Positions 11,072-21,655 are shown, numbered from the stretch's first letter. The stretch is DNA of 53,932 bases from Candidatus Woesearchaeota archaeon (GCA_016784125.1 JADHVI010000005.1:1-53932), one strand, 5' to 3'. The notes: generated by a model from the sequence alone, not told the origin. A program made the numbers and translations.

Positions 11072-11620
11072 TTAGTATTCATTGTTTGTTTGTTGCCAGC
11101 TTTTAGAATACCATTGTCTTATCTGAGGAAGATTATCGCGATTCCATAATGCATAAACAAATGGTCTATCAAATCTTGGTCTAGGCCCCACATTCCATTC
11201 AAATAATTTGGCGTCACGCTTAGGAAACTGAGTGTGGTATCCAATAACCATATCTTCTATTTGAGTAAATTTAACTTCTGTAATCATCTGATACTGTGTA
11301 AGAGTTTTGAAAACAAGTTCAAATAATACTAATCCTTTACCTTCCATTTCTATGGTTTGACAGATATCATAAAAGTCAGCAGTTCCAATTTTTCTTCTAT
11401 ACCATTTCATCCATTTTTCTCCATTATGCACCCTTATTTGATCACTTCCATTAAAACATAGAAATTTTTCGAGAACTCGTTCATAGTCTGTTTCAACCCA
11501 AGGATTTATTATTTCAGCATGACCTTTAGAAATTTTAATAGGTTTAGAATACCACTGTGCATGTATATCTGCAAAATGTTCTGCTGTTGTTTTTTCTAAA
11601 GTCATGTTAAGACGTTGCAT
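11072..11620 (-). CDS. Hypothetical protein
   Basis: 182-aa ORF with its own TATA-like element at about 11641-11650; no family recognised. Confidence 0.65.
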   Translation of the reverse strand: MQRLNMTLEKTTAEHFADIHAQWYSKPIKISKGHAEIINPWVETDYERVLEKFLCFNGSDQIRVHNGEKWMKWYRRKIGTADFYDICQTIEMEGKGLVLFELVFKTLTQYQMITEVKFTQIEDMVIGYHTQFPKRDAKLFEWNVGPRPRFDRPFVYALWNRDNLPQIRQWYSKSWQQTNNEY

Positions 11621-11728
11621 CTGACATGATAATCAAACTAAATATAAAAACTTAGTCTAAACATTTTCACCCACCTTAAGTAGTGAAAAAGAAAGATTTA
11701 TATACTTGAGTGCATGTTCTAAATTAAA

Positions 11729-11980
11729 ATGGCTTTAACAGATAGAATGACAAAAACATTGTTAGGAGGACTGGCAGCAGTACTTTTAACTGTTGGAAAC
11801 CCAAATTTTGAAGCAAAAGATATTGTGAATCCATATAATGCAATGACAAAACCAACGCCTCACGGAATTATGCGTGATAGAATTGCATATAAAGCCACAT
11901 ATGCGGCAACAGCAGCATTTGGACTAGGTGCACTGTATTTAACAGTTACAGGCAATGCTCGAAGACGAAGAGAAGATTAA
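11729..11980 (+). CDS. Small hypothetical membrane protein
   Basis: 83 aa, two hydrophobic segments, basic C-terminus; TTTATATA about 24 nt upstream. Confidence 0.6.
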   Translation: MALTDRMTKTLLGGLAAVLLTVGNPNFEAKDIVNPYNAMTKPTPHGIMRDRIAYKATYAATAAFGLGALYLTVTGNARRRRED

Positions 11981-12810
11981 TCTTCGTAAGAAAGTTCACT
12001 TAATTCTAAACAGTGTGAAATCATAATTAGCCTTTTGAATTCTGCATCATTACGAGCACGGTATTTACTCTGAAGACCATTAATAACTTCTACAAAACCA
12101 TTGAAATTTTCAACAGCATCATAGTTTGGAATAAACAAAGGCTTTTGTGCAGCAAAAATCATACCCAAATCAAACTCCTTAAAAGGCGAGTTAGGGTCCC
12201 AAAACATGTGGACATCATCTGCTAATTCAATAGCTTTACAAATTTTAGTTAGATATTTTATATTCTGAGAAAACGGTGGATTTGAATCCTCAAAATGCCA
12301 ATAAGCTTTTAACTTAAGTTCTGCTAAAGCAGTTAAATAAGTATTAATGGCATGTTTGTTAGTAGGGTTTAATTCATTCATAGGATAAATTACTGCAACA
12401 TTATTTTTTTTAAGTTTGGAATTATCTTGCATTAAAGCAGGATTGTTACTTAATTCCAACAAAACATCATCCAGCCCTCCTTTATTCACTTTTGAATTGG
12501 GAACAAGATTCAGTTCTTTGCGTAACATAAAAGCCATTCCAAGATCAAATTTTAGTTGAGGATTAATATTGCTATTCCAGTAAATATGAACATTCTTTGC
12601 TCGTTTTATCAAAGAGCGTCTGGCCAGAGAACAGACATAGTGGTTGTCAAAATTAGATAAACTAGGTTGAATAAGCATATAGGGAGTCTCAGATAAAAGG
12701 TTAACACTATGAACATAATTTCCTACTGTGTTTAAACTATCACTACCTAATGTTTCAGAAAAAATCATATAATCATAAGGAGATTTAGTCACTGCTGAAG
12801 ATGTTATCAT
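11977..12810 (-). CDS. Hypothetical protein with two tandem nucleoside 2-deoxyribosyltransferase-like (flavodoxin-fold) repeats
   Basis: Internal duplication: RAKNVHIYWNSNINPQLKFDLGMAFMLRKEL versus LADDVHMFWDPNSPFKEFDLGMIFAAQKPL, resembling the NDT (E/D)LGxAxAxxKP motif. Confidence 0.55.
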   Translation of the reverse strand: MITSSAVTKSPYDYMIFSETLGSDSLNTVGNYVHSVNLLSETPYMLIQPSLSNFDNHYVCSLARRSLIKRAKNVHIYWNSNINPQLKFDLGMAFMLRKELNLVPNSKVNKGGLDDVLLELSNNPALMQDNSKLKKNNVAVIYPMNELNPTNKHAINTYLTALAELKLKAYWHFEDSNPPFSQNIKYLTKICKAIELADDVHMFWDPNSPFKEFDLGMIFAAQKPLFIPNYDAVENFNGFVEVINGLQSKYRARNDAEFKRLIMISHCLELSELSYED

Positions 12811-12910
12811 TCACGAGTGAAACTAGCCATCATTTATATAGTTGTTTACAGACATGGTCGTAGAATAAAAAATGAATATTTTTATAAAAAGAGAGATTTT
12901 CAACAGAAAA

Positions 12911-13888
12911 ATGATAATTTTAGGAATTGAAAGCACCGCACACACATTTGGAGTTGCAATTTTGGACGATAATAAGGTGTTGAGTAACGAAAAAGACTCA
13001 TATACGACTGAAACTGGTGGTATGATACCAACAAAGACAGCCGACCATCACGTCGAAATATGTGATATAGTGCTAAAACAAGCATTGAAAAAAGCAAATA
13101 AGAAAATAAATGAAGTAGACCTTATAGCATTCTCACAAGGGCCAGGAATAGGCCATTGTTTGCGTATAGGTGCGATATTTGCTAGGAGCCTATCATTATT
13201 GCTGAATAAACCATTAATCGGTGTCAACCACTGTATAGCTCATCTTGAAATTGGACGCTTAGAAGGTGCAAAAAATCCTATATTGTTGTATGCAAGTGGA
13301 GCAAACACACAGATAATAGCATATGACGGTGGAAAATATAGAATATTTGGAGAAACACTTGACACAGGAGTTGGAAATTTCTTAGACAGCTTTGGCAGAG
13401 ACATAGGATTGGGATTTCCAGCAGGACCAGGAATTGATAAACTAGCAGAGAAAGGAAAGAAATACATCCAATTACCATACTCAGTCAAAGGAATGGATGT
13501 AAGCTTTGCAGGCATGCACACATTTCTAAGAAACAAAGTGATAGGGAAACAGAAAGTAGAAGATATTTGTTATTCAGTACAAGAAACAGCCTTTGCAATG
13601 CTACTAGAAGTTGCAGAAAGAGCAATGGCACACTGTGACAAGAAAGAACTCGTTTTAGGAGGAGGAGTAGCATGCAATACTCGACTTAAAGAGATGAGCA
13701 AAATAATGTGCAAAGAAAGAGGAGCAAAATGCTTCATCCCAGAAAACCAATACTTAGTTGACAATGCAGCGATGATTGGATTAACAGGCTATTTAATGTA
13801 TAAAGCGGGTAATGAGACACCAATCAAGAATTCTGAAATCAGATCTTACGAACGGACCGATGATGTCGTAGTGAATTGGCGGAACTGA
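12911..13888 (+). CDS. kae1: tRNA t6A threonylcarbamoyltransferase Kae1/TsaD (stand-alone, not fused to Bud32)
   Basis: ILGIESTAHT, SQGPG, VNHCIAHLE, SGANTQ, GETLD, GGVACN, DNAAMI, C-terminal RTDDV; start reassigned to ATG 12911. Confidence 0.96.
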   Translation: MIILGIESTAHTFGVAILDDNKVLSNEKDSYTTETGGMIPTKTADHHVEICDIVLKQALKKANKKINEVDLIAFSQGPGIGHCLRIGAIFARSLSLLLNKPLIGVNHCIAHLEIGRLEGAKNPILLYASGANTQIIAYDGGKYRIFGETLDTGVGNFLDSFGRDIGLGFPAGPGIDKLAEKGKKYIQLPYSVKGMDVSFAGMHTFLRNKVIGKQKVEDICYSVQETAFAMLLEVAERAMAHCDKKELVLGGGVACNTRLKEMSKIMCKERGAKCFIPENQYLVDNAAMIGLTGYLMYKAGNETPIKNSEIRSYERTDDVVVNWRN

Positions 13889-14948
13889 ATTTTACAATTT
13901 GTGGTTCAGAATGAGGTGATAAATCTTCAGAGTCAGGTGTAATAATAGTAGATTCTTTTATTTTCGATATTTTTCTGAATTCTTTCCATGAAATACCAAG
14001 ATGTTTTGCAACATCTAAATATTCATATCCAAGTGCCTCGGCTTCTTCATAAGTATCAATATCTCGTGCAAAATCAGGATCATGGTTAATTTCAAGAACA
14101 AAATGTTCTCCTGCACCTTGATATTGCTCTGCTGTTAATGTGACTTTTTCCAATAGACGAGCAGCTTCTTGAATAGAGAGTTCTCTTGCTTTAAATGCCT
14201 CAAGAGCTGGAACTACATTTTTTGAGAATTCCCATTTGTTTACATGATTCCAAGCATTATATAACCAATAAGCCACTTTTGCTGCATCTGGTAATCCTCT
14301 TGCACCATACATTGTACCAATTAGCTTGAAAAGATTTTTTGGCATTCTACCAGTCTGTGTTCCCATACAATGACCGGTGATAATTTCAATTAATTCGTTA
14401 TCTGCTTCTTCATTTCTAACCATGAATCCGTGTTGATCATACGCTTCCTCAAGACCCGCTAAAGCCACCTTATCAGACATTTGTATAGAAAAATCGTAAT
14501 CGCCGCTAAGAATAAGCTCTATTGTAGAACCAATCTTTTCATCATAATCATGTTGTGACGCAGATGGTACTTTGTCTAATGGTATTAGCAAGGCAACTTT
14601 TTCTTTTCCAATAACCTCTTCAAGTACTTTTTCCACATTCCAAATGTTTTTAGTAAAATTATAATTATAATTAACCATATAATCCCAACCTTGCAATTGG
14701 AACACACCATCATATAAGAAAGCCGGACCTTGAACAATGATAGGATCAATATATGGACAGTCAATCGCGTTATTAATATTCTGTTGACCTAGAAATACTC
14801 CATTCTTTGAAAAAGCAACTGCCTTTGGATCTTTAGAACAATAACGATTCCCAGTGAGTTCATCAAAAAGTTTTTCTGTTCTCTTAATCTGTCTTTCATT
14901 AACACTATAACCGCCAATGAAAAACATCGCTGCTTGCCTCATAACCAC
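13839..14948 (-). CDS. Hypothetical protein
   Basis: 369-aa ORF, TATA-like TTTAAATA about 20 nt upstream; 3' end overlaps kae1 convergently by 50 nt. Confidence 0.7.
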   Translation of the reverse strand: MVMRQAAMFFIGGYSVNERQIKRTEKLFDELTGNRYCSKDPKAVAFSKNGVFLGQQNINNAIDCPYIDPIIVQGPAFLYDGVFQLQGWDYMVNYNYNFTKNIWNVEKVLEEVIGKEKVALLIPLDKVPSASQHDYDEKIGSTIELILSGDYDFSIQMSDKVALAGLEEAYDQHGFMVRNEEADNELIEIITGHCMGTQTGRMPKNLFKLIGTMYGARGLPDAAKVAYWLYNAWNHVNKWEFSKNVVPALEAFKARELSIQEAARLLEKVTLTAEQYQGAGEHFVLEINHDPDFARDIDTYEEAEALGYEYLDVAKHLGISWKEFRKISKIKESTIITPDSEDLSPHSEPQIVKFSSANSLRHHRSVRKI

Positions 14949-14981
14949 CGAGAAGTAATCAAATATATTTAAAGATATGCC

Positions 14982-15383
14982 TTATTTAAAGAATTTTTTG
15001 TACAAATCAACTTCTTTATGAAAATATTTGCAGAGCTTAGATTTAGTTTTCACAAGAGGAATCCATTCAAATTCTGAATGTTCATTACTAAGAACAACCT
15101 CTTTGTTTAAAGATTTGCAAACAAAATTTATCATAGTAATCTTTTTACCATCAAATTGTTCGTAGAATTGTACTGAGAGCGCATTTAGAACTTCAATATC
15201 TAAACCGCATTCTTCTTTAACTTCACGCTTCAAACCATCAAATGGGCTCTCATCAACATTTAATCTACCGCCAGGGAGTTCCCATAAACCAGGGTTCTGA
15301 ACATCATCACTACTTCTTTTTACAATGAATAATTCTTCTTTAGAATTGACAATAAATGCTTTAACAGCTAAATTTGACACCAT
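14982..15383 (-). CDS. NUDIX hydrolase
   Basis: Nudix box WELPGGRLNVDESPFDGLKREVKEECGL. Confidence 0.93.
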   Translation of the reverse strand: MVSNLAVKAFIVNSKEELFIVKRSSDDVQNPGLWELPGGRLNVDESPFDGLKREVKEECGLDIEVLNALSVQFYEQFDGKKITMINFVCKSLNKEVVLSNEHSEFEWIPLVKTKSKLCKYFHKEVDLYKKFFK

Positions 15384-15423
15384 ATAATAAATAAGAAAGA
15401 ATAATAATATAAAAAATTATCTA

Positions 15424-15461
15424 AGAAATATTTCTAAGCAATCAAAAATTAGAAATTTTTG
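15424..15461. repeat. Two-hairpin palindromic module (copy 1) downstream of rps10
   Basis: AGAAATATTTCT followed by CAAAAATT-AGA-AATTTTTG (15443-15461). Confidence 0.55.
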
Positions 15462-15477
15462 GGCTTAACTCAAAGAT

Positions 15478-15789
15478 TTAAGCATCTACCATTTCAATCT
15501 CAATATTGAGACCTTCTGGGATTGGTACTCTCATAACAAGTCTTAAAGCACGCTCATCTAGACCTAAATCTATGAGTCGTTTATGAACTCTCATCTCGTA
15601 TCTATCCCATGTAGCAGTTCCATCGCCACAAGGACTTTTTCGAGTAGTGATTTTAAGCTTCTTAGTAGGTAGTGGAATAGGTCCTTTCATTACAACACCT
15701 GTCTTCTCTGCGACTCCTTTGATATAATCACAAGTCTGATTAATCTTGTAAATATCTGTGCTTGCTAATTTGATTCTTGCTCTCTGCAT
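15478..15789 (-). CDS. rpsJ: 30S ribosomal protein uS10
   Basis: [41 protein letters not shown]. Confidence 0.99.
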   Translation of the reverse strand: MQRARIKLASTDIYKINQTCDYIKGVAEKTGVVMKGPIPLPTKKLKITTRKSPCGDGTATWDRYEMRVHKRLIDLGLDERALRLVMRVPIPEGLNIEIEMVDA

Positions 15790-15851
15790 TTTTTTTTGAC
15801 CTCTGGTTTTACACTTCGCCTACCACATGATAAAGCTTAACTCACCATGAA

Positions 15852-15892
15852 ACGCACAGAAAAAATCTGGCGTAACAAAAATATGGTTTTTG
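15852..15892. repeat. Two-hairpin palindromic module (copy 2) between tuf and rps10
   Basis: ACGC-A-CAGA-AAAAA-TCTG-GCGT followed by CAAAAA-TATGG-TTTTTG (15876-15892). Confidence 0.5.
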
Positions 15893-15913
15893 AATGTATA
15901 AAAAATAAAAAAA

Positions 15914-17221
15914 TTATGCTTTTTTAACTGAAGCTTCTTTTTTAACTAAATCGATGCACATTCCTGCTGCAACTGTAGCGCCAGAATCCCTAATAGCGAA
16001 TCTGGATAATTGTGGAATATCCCCTTGCTTTTCAATAACCAAAGGTTGTACCGGTTTAATCTTAACAATAGCTGCATCCCCATTCTTAATGAAATCTGGG
16101 TTTTCCTGCAATACTTCTCCTGTAGCAGGGTTTAACTTTTTCTCAATTGCGACGATTTGACATGCAATTTGAGCAGTGTGTATGTGAAATACTGGCGTGT
16201 AACCAACAGTAATAACACTAGGATGATTCAAAACAACAATTTGTGCTGTGAATTCACTAGCAACTGTAGGTACGTTGTCAGCTGGTCCAATAACATCTCC
16301 TCTAGCAATATCCTTTTTGCCGAATCCTCTTACGCTGATTCCAACGTTGTCTCCTGGTCCAGCAGTAGGCATTTGTGAGTGATGCATTTCAATACTTTTA
16401 ACCTCTCCAGGGACTCCTTTACCTTCTCTTCCAGGAACAGCCATAACTTTTTGACCGACTTTCATAATGCCTGTTTCAATTTTACCAACTGGAACAACTC
16501 CAATTCCTGTGATGTTATAAACATCTTGAATAGGCATTCTTAATGGTAGTCCTGTAGGTTTTTCAGGTTCTTTTAGATCGTTAATAGCATCTAGTAGAGT
16601 TCCGCCTTTCCACCATGACAAGTTATCAGTGTTTTTGAAAACATTGTCTCCAGGTAATGAAGCAATAGGTATAAATTTGACATCATCAGCTTTGTATCCA
16701 ACAGATTGAATTAAAGCAGTGACTTCAGTTTTAACTTTATTGTATCTTTCTTCTTTGTAGTCGACACCTGAGATGTCCATTTTGTTAACAGCTACGATCA
16801 ATTGGTTTACACCGAGTGTTCTTGACAAGAATACGTGCTCTTTTGTTTGAGCGTTAACTCCGTCATTTGCTGCAACTACTAGAACAGCTGCGTCAGCTTG
16901 ACTTGCACCAGTAATCATGTTCTTGATGAAGTCCTTGTGACCAGGAGCGTCGATAATAGTGAAGTAATATTTATCTGACTCAAATTTCTTGTGAGCCAAG
17001 TCAATTGTTACTCCTCTTTCTCTCTCTTCCTTCAAGTTGTCCATAACGAATGCAAATTCGAAACCGCCTTTTCCAAGCTCTTGAGCTTTTTCTTTAAGTT
17101 TCCTTAGTGCTTGCTCGTCGATGTTTCCTGAATCATATAATAGTCTTCCAACTGTTGTAGACTTTCCATGGTCTACATGTCCAATAAAGACAAGGTTTAT
17201 GTGTGTTTTTTCCTTTGCCAT
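15914..17221 (-). CDS. tuf: Elongation factor 1-alpha (aEF-1A)
   Basis: [33 protein letters not shown]. Confidence 0.99.
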   Translation of the reverse strand: MAKEKTHINLVFIGHVDHGKSTTVGRLLYDSGNIDEQALRKLKEKAQELGKGGFEFAFVMDNLKEERERGVTIDLAHKKFESDKYYFTIIDAPGHKDFIKNMITGASQADAAVLVVAANDGVNAQTKEHVFLSRTLGVNQLIVAVNKMDISGVDYKEERYNKVKTEVTALIQSVGYKADDVKFIPIASLPGDNVFKNTDNLSWWKGGTLLDAINDLKEPEKPTGLPLRMPIQDVYNITGIGVVPVGKIETGIMKVGQKVMAVPGREGKGVPGEVKSIEMHHSQMPTAGPGDNVGISVRGFGKKDIARGDVIGPADNVPTVASEFTAQIVVLNHPSVITVGYTPVFHIHTAQIACQIVAIEKKLNPATGEVLQENPDFIKNGDAAIVKIKPVQPLVIEKQGDIPQLSRFAIRDSGATVAAGMCIDLVKKEASVKKA

Positions 17222-17298
17222 TGTATTTGCCTCCTCTAATATGTTAAATTAAACGTGTTTTTCAGGAATAATAATCCCTTTATAAATCTTCTGATTGA

Positions 17299-19479
17299 TT
17301 ATTCTGAATGGTCCTCGTCCGCCTTTAATCCTTTTCTTTGCCTAATTCTGGTTACTATAGTATGTTGTATTTCATCAGGTAATCTCTCAAAGTTCTGATC
17401 TACCAATGATGAGATTCCTCTTCCGCCTGTTGCGCTTCTCAATTCTGAGCTCATACCAAACATTTCTCCTACTGGGAGTTTACCTAAAACTATAACTGTT
17501 TCTCCTTCTTGCTTCATATCAATGAGTTGTCCTCTCTTATTAGCTATTAATTTGCTAATTTCGCCCATATATGCTATTGGAGCTTCAAATCTCATCGTTT
17601 GAATTGGTTCGTACAATGAAGGTTTGGCTTGAGACATTGCTCCTCTAATACCCATTCTAACTGCAGGATAAAACTGGGCTGGTCCTCTGTGGATTGCATC
17701 TTCGTGAAGCTTCATATCATTGATTGTTACTTTTATGTTTAAGCATGGTTCTCGAGCAATAGCTCCAGCTTTCATAACATCTTCAAACATATCCATAATC
17801 ATTTCAATAACTTCACCAATATGAACAATACCTCTTGTTCCATCGACTAAAATGTTTCCATTGAAGATATCTCTAACTTTTCTTGATTGTTTTGAATCCA
17901 TCCCGGCAGCTTCTAATGATTCCCATAGATCCATGTCTTTTTTCTTAATTCTGCCAGCAGGTATTTTGCCTTCTTTTATAGCTGTTTTAAGCTCTTCAGT
18001 GACAGGTTCTACAGTGAAATATAGTTTGTTATGTTTATTAGGAGATTTTCCTTCAAATGGAGCTCCACTTGGAGCAGTAATTGTCTCTCTATAAACAACA
18101 ATTGGAGCACTTGTTTGAATATCCAAATGTTTTGTATCCTTGATTCTATTTTCAATAATCTCCAAATGTAATTCTCCCATTCCACTCATCAAATACTCGC
18201 CAGTTTCCTGGTTAATGTAGATTTGTAATGATGGATCTTCCTTTGAAACCTGTACTAAGATTTTTGCTAAGTCAGGAAGATCAGCAGGATTCTTGGCCTC
18301 GATAGATTTTGTAATAACAGGCTCAAAAATATGAGTTATCTTCTCGAATGGCTCATCAGCTTCGTCTGTAATTGTTTCTCCAGGATAAGCATCTTTTAAG
18401 CCACCTAATCCAACAATGTTTCCTGATGGTACATTGTCAACGACCTCTCTTTTAGCACCATTATATACATATATTTGTTGTGATCTTAGAGCTGTTTTCC
18501 TAATATTCATATAAATCGGCATTCCTTTTTTCAATGTTCCAGAGAACAATCTTCCGGCTGCAATCTCTCCTGCTTGAGGATCAACAACTACTTTTACAAC
18601 TACAAAAGCCAATTTTCCATTAGGATTACAAGAAAGCAAACTTTTTCCTAAAGCTGATTCTTTGTCACCATGCCAAATCTTTGGAATTCTATATTTCTGT
18701 GCATCAACAGGATTTGGATGATGTTTAATAACGGCATTCAAAAGAACTTCATGTAATGGAGCTTTTTTCTTTAATTCAGTCCATGTTTCATTATCATAAG
18801 CATCAATTATTTCTTTGAAGCTAATGTTTTTCTTCTGCATATAATCTAAGCTCATAGCCCAGTTGTGAAATGCACTTCCGAAACAAACCGATCCATCCTG
18901 AACATTTACGGCCCACTTTGAACCATATTCTTCTTCAGCAATATCCTTAATTAACTTATTAACACTTGCTATGATTTTCATGAATCTCTCTTGCATAACT
19001 TCAGGAGTTAATTGAAGTTCTTTCATGAGTCTATCAACTTTGTTAATGAATAGAATTGGTTTAACTCTTTCTTTTAAAGCCTGTCTTAAAACAGTTTCTG
19101 TTTGTGGCATAATACCTTCAACAGCACAACAAAGAACGACTGCTCCATCAACTGCTCTCATGGCACGTGTAACATCGCCACCAAAGTCAACGTGACCTGG
19201 TGTATCCATTAAGTTGATTAAGAACTCTTTACCCTCACATGTATGAACCATGCTGACAGATGCAGAATCAATTGTGATTCCTCTAGTTTGTTCGTCTTCG
19301 TGAAAATCCAGAGCACATGCTTTTCCAGCAAGATCCTCTGACATCATACCTGCTCCTGCGAGCAAGTTATCCGATAAGGTTGTCTTACCGTGATCTATGT
19401 GTGCGCATATAGCAATATTTCTAATTTGTTCTGGCTTCTTCATGATTCTCATGACCTTATCAACCATCTTTTCTCCCAT
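17299..19479 (-). CDS. fusA: Elongation factor 2 (aEF-2)
   Basis: AHIDHGKTT, DTPGHVDF, NKVD, GMGELHLE, diphthamide loop HEDAIHRG. Confidence 0.99.
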   Translation of the reverse strand: MGEKMVDKVMRIMKKPEQIRNIAICAHIDHGKTTLSDNLLAGAGMMSEDLAGKACALDFHEDEQTRGITIDSASVSMVHTCEGKEFLINLMDTPGHVDFGGDVTRAMRAVDGAVVLCCAVEGIMPQTETVLRQALKERVKPILFINKVDRLMKELQLTPEVMQERFMKIIASVNKLIKDIAEEEYGSKWAVNVQDGSVCFGSAFHNWAMSLDYMQKKNISFKEIIDAYDNETWTELKKKAPLHEVLLNAVIKHHPNPVDAQKYRIPKIWHGDKESALGKSLLSCNPNGKLAFVVVKVVVDPQAGEIAAGRLFSGTLKKGMPIYMNIRKTALRSQQIYVYNGAKREVVDNVPSGNIVGLGGLKDAYPGETITDEADEPFEKITHIFEPVITKSIEAKNPADLPDLAKILVQVSKEDPSLQIYINQETGEYLMSGMGELHLEIIENRIKDTKHLDIQTSAPIVVYRETITAPSGAPFEGKSPNKHNKLYFTVEPVTEELKTAIKEGKIPAGRIKKKDMDLWESLEAAGMDSKQSRKVRDIFNGNILVDGTRGIVHIGEVIEMIMDMFEDVMKAGAIAREPCLNIKVTINDMKLHEDAIHRGPAQFYPAVRMGIRGAMSQAKPSLYEPIQTMRFEAPIAYMGEISKLIANKRGQLIDMKQEGETVIVLGKLPVGEMFGMSSELRSATGGRGISSLVDQNFERLPDEIQHTIVTRIRQRKGLKADEDHSE

Positions 19480-19533
19480 TTTTTTAATACCTCATATTTT
19501 TTATATTATTATTTTATTTTTTAATTTTGTATT

Positions 19534-19923
19534 TTATCTTTGAACTTTATCTTTGTGATCAATTCCGCCAGCAAGCTTGTTTCCATGTCTGTGTTTTTTG
19601 ACTTCATTAATTGGAAATCTTTTTTCGTATTCATTTAACGTATCTGTTAATGCAACTTCGGAATCAATATCAAGCAAATATGCAATTTTTAAAATTAAGT
19701 ATAATTGATCTCCAACAAAATCTTCAAATTCGTGTTTGTTTTCTTCAATGACTTTTTTCAAAGTTTCTGGATCGTTCACCCATTTAATTATACTCCATGC
19801 TTCTCCAACTTCTTCACACATATTCAGTAGAAAGTCTTTAATGCTCGCATATTCACTGGATCGGTTTTTACCCCAATCTCTTGCTTCATTAAATTCCTTT
19901 ACTTTATCTTGAAACTCTTTCAT
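19534..19923 (-). CDS. MazG-like all-alpha NTP pyrophosphohydrolase
   Basis: F..ARDW, EEVGE, E..DFVGD acidic metal-binding pattern; ATGA overlap with adk stop. Confidence 0.75.
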   Translation of the reverse strand: MKEFQDKVKEFNEARDWGKNRSSEYASIKDFLLNMCEEVGEAWSIIKWVNDPETLKKVIEENKHEFEDFVGDQLYLILKIAYLLDIDSEVALTDTLNEYEKRFPINEVKKHRHGNKLAGGIDHKDKVQR

Positions 19924-20588
19924 TTGATTTCCTCTATAACATCAATTTTTCCTTCAAGATAGGCTTTGATTTGAGTTATTAGCTTTTCCCTGATTTCAGT
20001 TATGTTCTTATTGATCACAATCTCAACCAATAATCCATCATTTGTATAATGATCAATCAAAGGTTTTGTTTTTTCTCTGTAAACATCCAGTCTATTTTGA
20101 ATTGATTCTGGCTGATCATCTTTTCTTTGGAATAATTCTCCTCCACATTTATCGCAAATTCCTTCTTCTTTTGGAATTATGGATGCTGTGTTGAAGATTT
20201 TACTGCATTTCTTGCAAGTAATTCTGCCTGATAATCTTTGGATGATTACTTCATCATTTGCCTTAAAATTCAAGACATGAGTAATATCCACTAAATTCTT
20301 TAAGTGATTTGCCTGAACAAGATTTCTTGGAAAGCCATCCAAAATAAATCCTTTTTTACAATCGGATTCTGTGATTCTTTGTTCGATTAATTTGAGCATT
20401 AAATCATCGCCGACAAGTTCACCTTTCTCCATTATTTTTGCAAGTTCATTGCCTAAAGAGGTGCCTTTCTTTGTTTCTGCTCTCAATAGATCGCCTGTTG
20501 ATATATGTGGTATATTTAATACATCTGTAAGGACTTGTGCATACGTTCCTTTACCAACTCCGGGTGATCCTAAAAAGAGTAGTTTCAT
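19920..20588 (-). CDS. adk: Adenylate kinase (bacterial-type, Zn-binding LID)
   Basis: GSPGVGKGT, HISTGDLLR, GFILDGFPR, LID CKKC...CDKC, QRKDD. Confidence 0.96.
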   Translation of the reverse strand: MKLLFLGSPGVGKGTYAQVLTDVLNIPHISTGDLLRAETKKGTSLGNELAKIMEKGELVGDDLMLKLIEQRITESDCKKGFILDGFPRNLVQANHLKNLVDITHVLNFKANDEVIIQRLSGRITCKKCSKIFNTASIIPKEEGICDKCGGELFQRKDDQPESIQNRLDVYREKTKPLIDHYTNDGLLVEIVINKNITEIREKLITQIKAYLEGKIDVIEEIK

Positions 20589-20600
20589 ATCATTTCACCT

Positions 20601-21167
20601 TTACTTATTCTTCCTGTAATGGAGATGTGTTTCAACTCGGTCATATTTGTGAATTTCTTCAGGTTTAAACCAAATCTTTATTTCTTGTTTTGCTTCGTGT
20701 TTTTCTCCACTTGCATGAACAATAGTGATGATAGGTCTATCACTCACATTTGCAAGAGCGTAAGTGTCGTGAGAATAATCTCCTCTGATAGTTCCAGGTT
20801 GTGCTTCTTCAACATTTGTTGGTCCTGCAATTTTTCTAACAACATTAACTGCGTTATGACCTTCAACAACCATGCCAATAACTGGGTATAGCATCATATC
20901 TGACATTAGACCATCAACAATTTCTTGACCTGCTTTTTTCGGATCATAATTATCAGGATAACTCTTATTTTTTATGATTCCTTTTCCTTTTCTAATGAGC
21001 CATTCATCATCTTTTTGGTAATGTTCTTCAAGTTGTTTTTTACTTGCTGCAAGCATTTTCATACCTACAATTTTAAGTCCAACTTTTTCAAATCGCGTTA
21101 TGATTTCGCCTACAATTCCTCTTGCTACAGCGTCTGGTTTTAAAATAACTAGTGTTTGTTCGTTCAT
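20601..21167 (-). CDS. ndk: Nucleoside diphosphate kinase
   Basis: EQTLVILKPDAV, PGTIRGD, IVHAS active-site His; ATG 21167 preceded by SD GAGGTGG. Confidence 0.96.
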   Translation of the reverse strand: MNEQTLVILKPDAVARGIVGEIITRFEKVGLKIVGMKMLAASKKQLEEHYQKDDEWLIRKGKGIIKNKSYPDNYDPKKAGQEIVDGLMSDMMLYPVIGMVVEGHNAVNVVRKIAGPTNVEEAQPGTIRGDYSHDTYALANVSDRPIITIVHASGEKHEAKQEIKIWFKPEEIHKYDRVETHLHYRKNK

Positions 21168-21178
21168 TTTATCCACCT

Positions 21179-21370
21179 CTATACCTTTTTACCTTCCTTA
21201 ACTTTATGGAATTCTCCAGTCCATTTGGTTGTTCTGGCTTTTCGACCTAGTTTTAGCATATTTAACTCACATTTATGACTGCAAAAATCTAGTATCTTGC
21301 CATCTTTCTTAATGTATTTTTTTCCGGTTCCTGGTGGAACTTTTTTCTTACAAAAATCGCATTGTGCCAT
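21179..21370 (-). CDS. rpl24e: 50S ribosomal protein eL24
   Basis: CDFC...PGTG...DG...FCSHKC, KWT. Confidence 0.97.
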   Translation of the reverse strand: MAQCDFCKKKVPPGTGKKYIKKDGKILDFCSHKCELNMLKLGRKARTTKWTGEFHKVKEGKKV

Positions 21371-21380
21371 TCTAATTCAC

Positions 21381-21647
21381 CTATGAATTTCCTCTTCCAG
21401 CTCTATTGAGTGCTTGTGCTTCTATTTCTGTTTCTCTAAGCATCAATATATCGCCGATTTGGACAGGTCCTTTTACGTTTCTTCTGATGGTTTTGTTTTT
21501 ATCTCTGCCATCAAGGATTTTACATCTGACCTGGATAGCTTCTCCTCTTGTTCCGGTTCTGCCAACTATTTCATCGACTCTGCCTGGAACTGCGGATGAA
21601 AAGTTCACCTGTCCTTTTGTTTCTGATTTTGTTTCTTTTTCAGCCAT
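21381..21647 (-). CDS. rps28e: 30S ribosomal protein eS28
   Basis: [37 protein letters not shown]; start placed at ATG 21647. Confidence 0.97.
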   Translation of the reverse strand: MAEKETKSETKGQVNFSSAVPGRVDEIVGRTGTRGEAIQVRCKILDGRDKNKTIRRNVKGPVQIGDILMLRETEIEAQALNRAGRGNS

Positions 21648-21655
21648 TTTCACAC

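Noticed and set aside
11140-11185. FDRPFVYALW segment resembling the serpin signature in ORF 11072-11620
   Set aside because: The protein is only 182 aa and lacks the hinge and the rest of the serpin pattern; most likely coincidental.
13839-14948. Faint resemblance of the N-terminus to class II glutamine amidotransferase (AsnB-like) domains; 50-nt convergent overlap with kae1
   Set aside because: No N-terminal Cys or conserved motif could be confirmed; short convergent overlaps are common in this compact window.
17680-17712. Possible loss of the diphthamide site in EF-2
   Set aside because: The loop is canonical (HEDAIHRG).
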